From an uncultured bacterium (lineage in GTDB: Bacteria; Myxococcota_A; UBA9042; PHBI01), in NCBI GenBank assembly GCA_938040325.1, contig CALHXW010000039.1:13513-77512 (forward strand): a DNA stretch of 64,000 nucleotides. Reading direction: 5' to 3'. The number at the start of each line of letters is the position of its first letter. Position 1 is the stretch's first letter. Positions 28,284 to 36,613 of the stretch are shown one piece after another. The translations under genes and the position numbers were made by a program. The notes under the pieces are model-generated. The model did not search any database. It was given only the letters and a program-made list of their open reading frames with translations, and had not been told where the DNA came from.

Positions 28284-31200
28284 ATGGTTGAGCCTGTGAT
28301 CGATAGCCTAGACCCCGGCTTGAAGATGGTCTGTCCTGCTTGCAACGTGACGTTTGAGGCGTCTGTGCAGGTCTGCGTGACCTGCGGTGCAGGCCTCCTT
28401 GAGGTGCCGGACTCCCCCTTGCTCTCAGGTCAGCTGCTCGACGGGCGCTACCAGATCGGCGGCGTCGTCGGCAGTGGCGGGATGGGCACCGTCTACCGGG
28501 CCGAGCAGGTCGGCATGGAGCGCGCGGTCGCGATCAAGGTCATGCACGCTCACTACGCGCACGACCCGCGTGCAGTGAAGCGCTTCTTCCGCGAGGCACA
28601 GGCCGCGAGTCGGCTGATCCACCCCAATATCGTCACGGTCTACGACTTCGGGCGCTCCGAAGACGGGCATCTCTACATGGTGATGGAGCTCCTTGAGGGA
28701 TGGACCCTCGGCGATCTGATTCACTACCGCGCCCCCCTTGAGCCCTCGCTGGCGATCGCCATCGCGTCCCAGGTTTGCGACGCGCTCGACGAGGCCCACA
28801 AGCGCCGCATCGTTCACCGCGACCTCAAGCCCGACAACATCCTCGTCTCGCTCGTTCGTGGCAGCGTATGGGCGAAGGTGCTCGACTTCGGGATCGCTCG
28901 TGCGATGCGAGACCGCGATGCCGGGCTGATGGTCCACCAGTCGACGGTCGAGATCGCAGGCACGCCTGCCTACATGAGCCCCGAGCAGATCCTGGGCCAA
29001 GACCTCGACCCGAGGTCGGACCTCTACTCGCTCGGCGTGATCCTCTACGAGATGCTCACCCGGCAGCGGCCCTTCGACGACGAGAACTCCGTCACGCTGT
29101 GCATGAAGCAGCTCAACGACGAGCCCGTCGCGCTCAACACCTTTCGCGAGGATGTGCGTCGGCTCGACGAGGTCGTTCATGGCCTTCTCCACAAGTCCGT
29201 CGACGGTCGGCCGTCAACCGCTGGCGACACGAAGCGGCGCCTGCTGGCCTGCCCACAGGCAGCAGCCCCCGTCGTGCTCGAGCCCATCGATCCCGGCGCT
29301 GCCCGTGGTCTTGGCGCCAAGACCACACGCGGCAACGCCGCGGCCCTCATGGCGCAGCCGACGCTCAACGTGGCCTACGAAGCAGCTCAGTCGCAGCGCT
29401 TGCACACGCCAGCACTCGGCGGCGTGGCGCTCCCAGAGCTGAGCTTTCCTGGCATGTCCGCCGCCGTCGCTCCGAAGGTCGATGTGCCGCAGGAGGTCCA
29501 GGTTGCCGCGGTCGCGCGAGTGGTCGCCGAGAGCCAGGACGTGATCAGCCATGTGGTTGTTTGCGGCTGGATCGAAGCCCGTGAGGCCGAGGGCTGGGAG
29601 GTCGACGTGGACGGCGATGCCCTCGACGTTTACGTGCCTGCCGTTGCTGGACACGACGCGTTCGGCGCGTTGCTCAACGAGCTGTCGGCGCTACAAGGCG
29701 CTGCGCTGGACGCCAACCTCGCGCTGAGGACCGGCGCGGCAAGCTGTGCAGATGGCTACGGGACGCGCGCCCTCGACCTTGCGCGGCGACTCGCCGCGTC
29801 CGCACCCCACGGTCGTGTCGTCACCACCAAGGGGGCAGGGGCCGAGCGCGGGCATCGTGAGGTGCCGAGGACCTCGGTGTTTCTCCCTGGTGGCGCCGCG
29901 CTCGCCGCCGTGTCGATCGCGCCCGCGAGCCCCAGTGGCGGGGCACTGGTCGACGATGGTGAGCTGCTCTGGGGCAGAAGCATTCCGCTGCGTCGGCTTG
30001 GGCAGATCGCCGACGAAGCGCGACGGACGGGGCTACAGCGTGCCCTGCTGGTCGGCGCGGCTGGCTTTGGCAAGAGCGCCGCCCTTCGGTCCTTCGTTCG
30101 GGGCCGCCGCCACGTCATGGTTCGGGTCGCACCCGCTGCCGAGCTCTGGCCAGGGCACACCGTCGCGCGACTGGTCGCTGCGAGCCTCGGGCTCGATAAG
30201 CTCACCGGTCGCATCTCGGATCTCGCCGGCCTGTCGGTGCCGTCGCTGCACCTCCCGACGCTGCACCTCCTGCTCTGTGACAAGCGCCCGGATGACGCGC
30301 CGTCGCTGCGAAGTCTCGCAGCACTTGTCGGCTATGCTCTCGAGCAGCGGGCACTCGGCGGCCCTCTCGTCATCGCGATCGACGATGCCGATGGGGTGGA
30401 CGAGGCCAGCCGGCTCATCCTTGAGGCCGCGCTCGCCGCGCACAGCGACCAGCCATGGCTGCTGGTCGCATCGACGCGCACCCTCAAGCCACAGCTCCTG
30501 TGCGCCGAGGGGCATCGGGTTGAGCTCAGGCCGCTCGGTATGCGCTCGGCCAACTCGCTGCTCGACGCCTACGACGTGCCACCGCGGCGTCGGCACAGCA
30601 TGATCGCGGCGGCCCAGGGCAACCCGCGAGCGCTGCAGCTGCTGGCGCGCACAACGGAAGATGCCGTGCCCAACGTCTACGGCGAGCGCATCATCAACGT
30701 GCTGCTGCCGGAGCACCTGCGGGGCGCCGAGCCCAAGGTCGCGGACAGCTCTTGGGTTGCCGCAGCGACGGGCGACGCCGCTGACGAGCCGCTGAGCGTG
30801 CAGGCGGCAAAGCTCTACCTCCAGGTTGGGCTGGACCCGGCGCTTGCCTCGTGGCTCGCTGGCCGCCTTCGGCACGAGGGGCCGATCGCGTCGTGGTTGG
30901 CCTCAGCGTGGGTCGATGCAGAGCCCGACGGGCCGCAACGCCGCGCTGAGCGCTGCGAGCGCCTAGGCATGTGGCGACTCGCCGCGACCGCCTACGAGAC
31001 GTCGCTCGCCTTGGTCTCCGACGAAGCTCGGCCCAGCCTCCAGCTGCGTGCAGCCACCATGCGGGCCTGTGCCGGCGATGTTGCCCGCGCCGTGACGTCG
31101 TTCGATGCGTCTGTGCGCTGCGGCATGAGCCGACACCGCGCAACAGAGCTCTTGGCGTTCGCGACGCTCATGCTCGAGAACGGCGAGATTCAGCGGGCCC

Positions 31201-32057
31201 AGGCGATCCTCGACGGGGTTCGGAGTGTCCCTCAGTACGCATCGGCGCCGAAGGCTTGCGCGGGCTCTGCGATCCTCGCGGCACGCGCCGCCGTGCGCAG
31301 GAGCGACGGCGTGTCGGCCATGAGCGAGCTCGCGCGAGCGCGGGCGTCGCTGGCTCAGCTGCGTCGGACAGATGCCCGTGGCGCGCGAGCACTCGAGGGC
31401 TTGGCACAAGAGGCCCGCGCAGAGGTGGCGCTTCTTGAGGGCGACCTCGATAGCGCCCAGATGAACCTTCAGCAGTCCCACGCCAGCTTCCGCGATCTCG
31501 GCATGATCCGTGACGCCGTGCGATGTCTCATCCAGCTCGGTCGGCGGGAGTTGGACGCCAAGCACCCGCGACGCGCGCTTGCGACGTTCAAGGCTGCGCA
31601 CGATATCGCGATCGCGCATGGCTACGGACTGGCGGCGATCGACGCCGAGACAGGGAGGGGCGATGCGAGCGTCGCGCTCTCTGAGCTCGAAGACGGCGCG
31701 CGTCTGCTGCGCTCGGCGCTCAAGGCGTCGGTGGCGTCCGGCTACAAAGAGGGCGTCGCGCGCGCCAGCCTCGGGCTTGGGCGCACGACGCTGGCACGCG
31801 GCATGTGGGCCGATGCGGTCCGGCATGCTGAGCGGGCTGTCGCCGAGAGCGACGATGCGGCGCTGACGTGCGACGCGTGGCTTCTTCAAGCTGATGCTCT
31901 GGTCACCGGGTCCCAAGGTCGGCGTGCCCAGCGCTGCATCGAGCAGGCTCACAGCCAGCTCGGTTCGATCTGGGACGGCACCCTGGCGGCAACCCTTCGA
32001 TCGCGCGCTCTCGGCCACCAGCCCGAGACGACGCCAGCGCACCTGGCAGGACAGTGA
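28284..32057 (+). CDS. STAND-type Ser/Thr protein kinase: N-terminal zinc ribbon (CPAC..CVTC), kinase domain, P-loop NTPase (GAAGFGKSA) and C-terminal TPR repeats
   Basis: Kinase motifs GSGGMGTVYRA, AIK, HRDLKPDNILV, DFGIARA, SPEQ. P-loop LLVGAAGFGKSAAL. Long TPR-like C-terminus. GGAGGAAG Shine-Dalgarno before the ATG at 28284. The track ORF start at 27951 is rejected. Confidence 0.88.
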   Translation: MVEPVIDSLDPGLKMVCPACNVTFEASVQVCVTCGAGLLEVPDSPLLSGQLLDGRYQIGGVVGSGGMGTVYRAEQVGMERAVAIKVMHAHYAHDPRAVKRFFREAQAASRLIHPNIVTVYDFGRSEDGHLYMVMELLEGWTLGDLIHYRAPLEPSLAIAIASQVCDALDEAHKRRIVHRDLKPDNILVSLVRGSVWAKVLDFGIARAMRDRDAGLMVHQSTVEIAGTPAYMSPEQILGQDLDPRSDLYSLGVILYEMLTRQRPFDDENSVTLCMKQLNDEPVALNTFREDVRRLDEVVHGLLHKSVDGRPSTAGDTKRRLLACPQAAAPVVLEPIDPGAARGLGAKTTRGNAAALMAQPTLNVAYEAAQSQRLHTPALGGVALPELSFPGMSAAVAPKVDVPQEVQVAAVARVVAESQDVISHVVVCGWIEAREAEGWEVDVDGDALDVYVPAVAGHDAFGALLNELSALQGAALDANLALRTGAASCADGYGTRALDLARRLAASAPHGRVVTTKGAGAERGHREVPRTSVFLPGGAALAAVSIAPASPSGGALVDDGELLWGRSIPLRRLGQIADEARRTGLQRALLVGAAGFGKSAALRSFVRGRRHVMVRVAPAAELWPGHTVARLVAASLGLDKLTGRISDLAGLSVPSLHLPTLHLLLCDKRPDDAPSLRSLAALVGYALEQRALGGPLVIAIDDADGVDEASRLILEAALAAHSDQPWLLVASTRTLKPQLLCAEGHRVELRPLGMRSANSLLDAYDVPPRRRHSMIAAAQGNPRALQLLARTTEDAVPNVYGERIINVLLPEHLRGAEPKVADSSWVAAATGDAADEPLSVQAAKLYLQVGLDPALASWLAGRLRHEGPIASWLASAWVDAEPDGPQRRAERCERLGMWRLAATAYETSLALVSDEARPSLQLRAATMRACAGDVARAVTSFDASVRCGMSRHRATELLAFATLMLENGEIQRAQAILDGVRSVPQYASAPKACAGSAILAARAAVRRSDGVSAMSELARARASLAQLRRTDARGARALEGLAQEARAEVALLEGDLDSAQMNLQQSHASFRDLGMIRDAVRCLIQLGRRELDAKHPRRALATFKAAHDIAIAHGYGLAAIDAETGRGDASVALSELEDGARLLRSALKASVASGYKEGVARASLGLGRTTLARGMWADAVRHAERAVAESDDAALTCDAWLLQADALVTGSQGRRAQRCIEQAHSQLGSIWDGTLAATLRSRALGHQPETTPAHLAGQ

Positions 32058-32065
32058 GGCGAGCG

Positions 32066-32638
32066 ATGCAGGCTCAGCGCCCAACCACTCGACCGCGTGG
32101 CCAGCTCAAGACGGTCGCAACCCTGCTGATGGCGACGGCGTTAGCGGCATGCCTCACGACCCGAGGCGTCGATCGACCGGTGGGTGGCGACGCGCCGGCG
32201 TTCGCTTTGACCGCTCACACCGGCGAGATCGTGCGCTTAGAGGACTACGCCGGCAAGGCGTCGGTCGTGGTCGTCTTCTACCGAGGACATTGGTGACCGT
32301 TCTGCCGCACTCAGCTCGGTGAGCTGAGCCGATTCTTCCCTCAGATCCAAGAGCGCAACGGCACCGTCGTCGCGATCAGCGTCGACGAGACGGCCGCGTC
32401 TCGGGACCTAGCCGAGCGCATGGGCCTTCCGTTTTTGCTGCTGTCGGATCCTGGCGCCAAGACCGCCGAAGCCTGGGGCGTTGCCATGGAAGGGGGCGAC
32501 GATCCCTTGGCGGTGCCAGCGCTCTTTGTGGTCGACTCCCAGGGCGGCATTCGGTTCCGCCACGTCGGTGAGCGGATGGATGACCGCGCCTACATGGGCG
32601 ACATCCTGAGCGCGTTGTCCGCCGCCAGCGGGCCATGA
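32066..32638 (+). CDS. Predicted selenocysteine-containing peroxiredoxin/thioredoxin-fold (AhpC-TSA/redoxin family) lipoprotein. In-frame UGA at 32294-32296 in the motif GHW-U-PFC
   Basis: Two track ORFs (32054..32296 and 32420..32638) share a frame and are separated by a single TGA with no other stop. The joined 190-aa product is a full-length redoxin (VVVVFYRGHW[U]PFCRTQLGEL...VVAISVDE...LPFLLLSDPG...ALFVVDSQGGIRFRHVG). N-terminal lipoprotein signal (LLMATALAAC). The start overlaps the kinase stop (GTGA). Confidence 0.7.
32310..32328 (+). other. bSECIS-like hairpin CTCAGCTC-ggu-GAGCTGAG beginning 13 nt 3' of the in-frame UGA
   Basis: Perfect 8-bp stem with a GGU apical loop (GG in the loop, as in bacterial SECIS elements). 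Loop G sits about 22 nt from the UGA. Confidence 0.5.
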
Positions 32639-32662
32639 GCTGCTGCGGCTGGAGCCCGCCGC

Positions 32663-33109
32663 TTAGCGCGCGACGGCGATAGGTCCGAGCGCGAGGGTTG
32701 GCGTCCCCGCAAAGAGATCTGCGACCGACATGTGCCGGATCGGCCGCATCATCGCGTCATTGAGGATCGCGAGCGGGCCCTTGATGTCGCAGTGTGGGCC
32801 CTGTTGGCAGGAACAGGCCTCGTCCCCGATGCACTCGACCAGCCGTGACTGTTCACGGCAGAGCGCAAAGAGGGTCACCAGCGAGATCTCGGTGAGCGGT
32901 TGCGCGAGTGCGTAGCCGCCTTGTGCGCCTTGAGTCGCCGTGACGATCGAGCCTGTTCGCAGCGTCTGGAGGACCTTGGCGAGAAGCGTCTCCGGGATGT
33001 TGTAGCTGGTCGCAATCGAGCGCGTGGTTGCACACTCGGCCGGCTTGAGTCGGCTGAGGTAGCGGAGTGCGAGCAGCGCGTACTCGGTTTTTTTGTGAAG
33101 CTTCAACAC
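32663..33109 (-). CDS. Rrf2-family transcriptional regulator (IscR/NsrR-like, three-Cys Fe-S ligand set)
   Basis: MLKLHKKTEYALLALRYL HTH region. Cys cluster CIGDEACSCQQGPHC. Confidence 0.88.
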   Translation of the reverse strand: MLKLHKKTEYALLALRYLSRLKPAECATTRSIATSYNIPETLLAKVLQTLRTGSIVTATQGAQGGYALAQPLTEISLVTLFALCREQSRLVECIGDEACSCQQGPHCDIKGPLAILNDAMMRPIRHMSVADLFAGTPTLALGPIAVAR

Positions 33110-33154
33110 CGTGCGGTCTTGTTAAGCAGTCGCGCTTGCGCCGTCAAGGTGCGG

Positions 33155-33691
33155 TCAACGGTCCTGGGCCTGCTTAAGCAGCGCCCAGCTGACGTGGCTT
33201 GGGTCGGCGTCCGAACATCGGCCGTCGACGAGGCGGCTCGCGTCAAACGCAAGAAGACGGTAGTTGCCGCCGTCGATCACGACGTCAGCGGACGCGCCTG
33301 GCGCAGCGCGCGTGACGCCTCGACGCGTCTCCACGAAGACCGTGTGGTGCTCCAGGACCGCTTGGCAGAGGTTGGCGAGCCGTCGGGACTCCGTGTAGAC
33401 GAGCTGGCTTGCCTCGAAGGCACCGCCGACGCTCAGGTCCGTTGGCAAGACGCCGGTAGGCAACCCGTCATCGCGCACGACAACGGCGATGAGGCGACCG
33501 ACTTCCGTGGCGACCACGATGGCCTCGCCCGCAGCGGACCGATAGGTGCGGACTTTGATGGTGTCACCAGCGGCGACTGGCAGACGCTCGCCGGCACGGA
33601 GGCGATAGCGCACGACGGCAGCCGGTCCGTCGACCAGCGAGAGGCTGAGGTGCGTCGTGCCGTCTGGACGGACCGCCTGGTGGTCGTCCAC
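33155..33691 (-). CDS. Hypothetical secreted/lipoprotein. The frame stays open upstream through a lipoprotein signal peptide, but no canonical start codon is present
   Basis: The track ORF starts at GTG 33691. Extending the same frame upstream gives RARLLLVATTLSPLLGC (n-region, h-region, lipobox) at about 33820-33870, with no ATG, GTG or TTG before the rpmB stop. Confidence 0.5.
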   Translation of the reverse strand: MDDHQAVRPDGTTHLSLSLVDGPAAVVRYRLRAGERLPVAAGDTIKVRTYRSAAGEAIVVATEVGRLIAVVVRDDGLPTGVLPTDLSVGGAFEASQLVYTESRRLANLCQAVLEHHTVFVETRRGVTRAAPGASADVVIDGGNYRLLAFDASRLVDGRCSDADPSHVSWALLKQAQDR

Positions 33692-33900
33692 AGACGCGAT
33701 CCACCACCGGCCGCTGAGCGCAGCACGGGGTGTGGTCTCGAACCGTGGAGGCGGATCGGCTCGATGCCCGCTGGAAGCGGGCCGAAGTTCGGTCGGCCCC
33801 GAGTGGATGAACGGGGCCGGGGGGCAGCCAAGGAGCGGAGAGAGCGTTGTCGCGACGAGCAGCAGCCGGGCGCGCGTGAGCGCCTGGCTGGCACGCCGAG

Positions 33901-34155
33901 CTATGCCCCGAGCTTCTTGGCGATCATGCGCTTGTAGTCGACGCCGTTCTTCTTGCAGAAGGCCGGCAGGCCGATCTTGTTGATGCTGCGGATCGCACGG
34001 GTCGACAGCTTCATCTTCACGTGGCGGCCTGCCTCGGGGATGAAGATACGCTTCGTCTGAATGTTGGGGTTCTGACGTTTCTTCGTCTTGTTGTGCGCGT
34101 GCGACACGTTGTTGGCCATGTTGGCGCGCTTTCCCGTAATTTCACAAACTCGCAT
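33901..34155 (-). CDS. rpmB: 50S ribosomal protein L28
   Basis: MRVCEITGKR...NNVSHAHNKTKKR...RIFIPE is the L28 N-terminal signature. Start set at the internal ATG 34155 (track ORF starts at 34209). Confidence 0.85.
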   Translation of the reverse strand: MRVCEITGKRANMANNVSHAHNKTKKRQNPNIQTKRIFIPEAGRHVKMKLSTRAIRSINKIGLPAFCKKNGVDYKRMIAKKLGA

Positions 34156-34315
34156 CTGCGTTCTCCGTTTGGGGCCGCGTTTGCTAACAAGGGACCCCGA
34201 TCGCGTCAACCAATGATTCGCTTAAGCCCCACGTGACTCGTCGAATGCACACATGTTCGCGACGCGGCCGCGTGCGCACCGTTCGGATTTTCGTCAACGC
34301 TGCTACCCTACGGCC

Positions 34316-35167
34316 ATGGACGTCATGAACCCCGACACGCTCACTTACGCGACCCCGACGCTGACGGTCTGGCCGTTCCGGACGCCAACGCTCCCGCCGG
34401 CCACGCACACCAACATGGTCCTCGTCGGCGCTGAGCGCATCTGGATCGTCGACCCGGCGACCCCGTGGCAAGACGAGCGCGAACGCATGGCGTCTGAGCT
34501 GACGGCCGTGCTCACGAGCGATCGAGCGCTCGCTGGCATCGTGTTGACCCACCATCATGCCGACCACGTGGGCGGAGCTGCATGGCTGGCAGAGCGCTTC
34601 GGCCTGGAGGTCTGGGCTCATCCGGCGACCCAGGGACTCGTCGGCGAAAAGCTGCAGGTTCAACACGTCCTCAACGAAGGCGATGTCCTCGAGGGCTCTA
34701 GCGCCGCCAACGACCGGTGGCATGTGCTGCACACCCCGGGCCACGCATCCGATCATGTCGTGCTCTGGGAGCCTGTCGGCAAGCGGGTCGTCGGCGGCGA
34801 CATGATGGCGTCGGTCGGCACGATCGTCATCGACCCGGCGGACGGGGACATGGCGATCTACTTGGAGCAGCTGCGTCGACTTCGAGCGCTGGCTCCGACC
34901 GAGTGGGTGCCGTCTCATGGAGCGGTCATCACAGACCCCGTGGGTCGTCTCGACCACTACATACAGCACCGGCTGGCGCGTGAGGCGAAAGTGCTGGCAG
35001 CGCTGACCGCTGATGACGAGCCGCTCCTCGCCGTCACGCGCCGGGCGTACCCAGAGCTCGATCCGCGGCTCTATCCACTGGCAGCTCGGTCTGCGCTGGC
35101 GCATCTCATCAAGCTCCGCCAAGACGGGCGGGCCCTTGGCGACACGCACTGGCGGCGCAGAGAGTGA
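34316..35167 (+). CDS. MBL-fold metallo-hydrolase
   Basis: LTHHHADHVGG metal-binding motif, plus a downstream HTPGHASDH. Start set at ATG 34316 (MDVMNPD). Confidence 0.8.
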   Translation: MDVMNPDTLTYATPTLTVWPFRTPTLPPATHTNMVLVGAERIWIVDPATPWQDERERMASELTAVLTSDRALAGIVLTHHHADHVGGAAWLAERFGLEVWAHPATQGLVGEKLQVQHVLNEGDVLEGSSAANDRWHVLHTPGHASDHVVLWEPVGKRVVGGDMMASVGTIVIDPADGDMAIYLEQLRRLRALAPTEWVPSHGAVITDPVGRLDHYIQHRLAREAKVLAALTADDEPLLAVTRRAYPELDPRLYPLAARSALAHLIKLRQDGRALGDTHWRRRE

Positions 35168-35970
35168 GTAGCGCAGAGAGCGTCGGTCGCGTTGGCGAGC
35201 GCTACGCGGGCGGCGAGCTGGACGCGCGGACCGAGCAGCTCGTGTCGGAACAACCGCTGGAGATCGTCGTCAACGGGACCGCGCTTGCGGTGTTGATGCG
35301 GACACCGGGGCGCGACCTGGATCTGGTCGCCGGGTTTCTGTGGACCGAAGGCGTGATCGAGAGCGCCCGCGACCTCGACGCGCTCGCTCACTGCGACGAT
35401 CCGCGCCGCCCCAACCGTGAGAACCTGGTCCGTGCCGCGCTTGCTGCGGGGTGTGCGGTGGAGCCCGCTCGCCGGACCTTCACGACCGGATCGAGCTGCG
35501 GCCTCTGTGGCAAAACGCAGCTGCAAGACTTGGCGCAGGTCGTCCGCACGCGGGCGAACCCAACGCGGATTCCCGAGGATGCTGTCAACATCGTGGCCGC
35601 CGAGGTCGCCGGCCGTCAGCCCGTGTTCGAGCGCACGGGCGGGTTGCATGCTGCGTGCCGGTTCCACACCGCTTCAGGTGCCGTGCTGGATGTCGCCGAA
35701 GACATCGGGCGCCACAACGCCACTGACAAGGTGCTGGGTGCGGCCCTCCGTGCTGGGGCAGACGACCTTGCGGGGCAGTCGCTATGGGTCAGTGGCCGCG
35801 TGAGCTTTGAGATCGTGCAGAAGGCCGCGGTCGCCGGTCTCGACGGGATCGTCGCCGTCGGTGCCGTGAGTGCGCTGGCAGCCGATCTTGCGGGCGAGGT
35901 TGGCCTCGACCTCATCGGGTTCGCGCGTGCCGGGCGGTTCACGCGCTACCACGGCGAGTCGAGCGGCTGA
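35164..35970 (+). CDS. fdhD: Formate dehydrogenase accessory sulfurtransferase FdhD
   Basis: LEIVVNG, SSCGLCGK catalytic cysteine motif and GRHNA are FdhD hallmarks. 4-bp overlap with the MBL gene. Confidence 0.88.
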   Translation: MSSAESVGRVGERYAGGELDARTEQLVSEQPLEIVVNGTALAVLMRTPGRDLDLVAGFLWTEGVIESARDLDALAHCDDPRRPNRENLVRAALAAGCAVEPARRTFTTGSSCGLCGKTQLQDLAQVVRTRANPTRIPEDAVNIVAAEVAGRQPVFERTGGLHAACRFHTASGAVLDVAEDIGRHNATDKVLGAALRAGADDLAGQSLWVSGRVSFEIVQKAAVAGLDGIVAVGAVSALAADLAGEVGLDLIGFARAGRFTRYHGESSG

Positions 35971-36025
35971 GCAGACGCGTGTCCACTGGTGCGCGTCACG
36001 CAAACCGCAGTTCCCGGCAACCCTG

Positions 36026-36598
36026 TTAGGGGGTATCAGCCAGGGACGCGATGAGGGCGGCGTGGTCTTGTGGGGTGTCGAAGTCTCGGCAGCGGGCACG
36101 CATGCCTTCGGGCAGCGTGTCGAGGTCGAGCCACCCGCACTCGAGTCCGTCAACAACGCGCATGAGCCTGCGCTCACCGGCTTCGTGAGCAGCGACGAGT
36201 GCGGCTTTACCGCCAGCATCGTAGCGGGCCAGCAGCGGTTGCGGACGGGCGTCTAAGCGAGCGATCAACGCGTCGTGGTGGCTGCCGCTCTGGGTCGCCA
36301 GCCTGACCAGCACCTGCTGCGGGACCAGCGGCACGTCGCACGCGACCACGAGGAGTGAGCGCGCCGGGTAGGCTAGGGCGGCGGTCGCGAGGGCTTGGAC
36401 CGGCCCGCCGTTCGGCTCAAGGTCCGCCAGCGCGCCGTGGGGGCCGCCCACGATGACCACCTCGTCGACCACCAGCCGCAGCGTCGCTTGAACTCGGCTG
36501 AGGCTCGTCTGACCGTCGATGTCGGCGCTGGCCTTGTCGGCGCCGAACCGTGTCGAACGACCGCCTGACAGGATGATGCCGATCGGTGATAGGGTCAT
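36026..36598 (-). CDS. mobA: Molybdenum cofactor guanylyltransferase MobA
   Basis: N-terminal GIILSGGRSTRFG...DK nucleotide-binding motif. 190 aa. Confidence 0.85.
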   Translation of the reverse strand: MTLSPIGIILSGGRSTRFGADKASADIDGQTSLSRVQATLRLVVDEVVIVGGPHGALADLEPNGGPVQALATAALAYPARSLLVVACDVPLVPQQVLVRLATQSGSHHDALIARLDARPQPLLARYDAGGKAALVAAHEAGERRLMRVVDGLECGWLDLDTLPEGMRARCRDFDTPQDHAALIASLADTP

Positions 36599-36613
36599 CG
36601 CTTCAGTGAGGAG

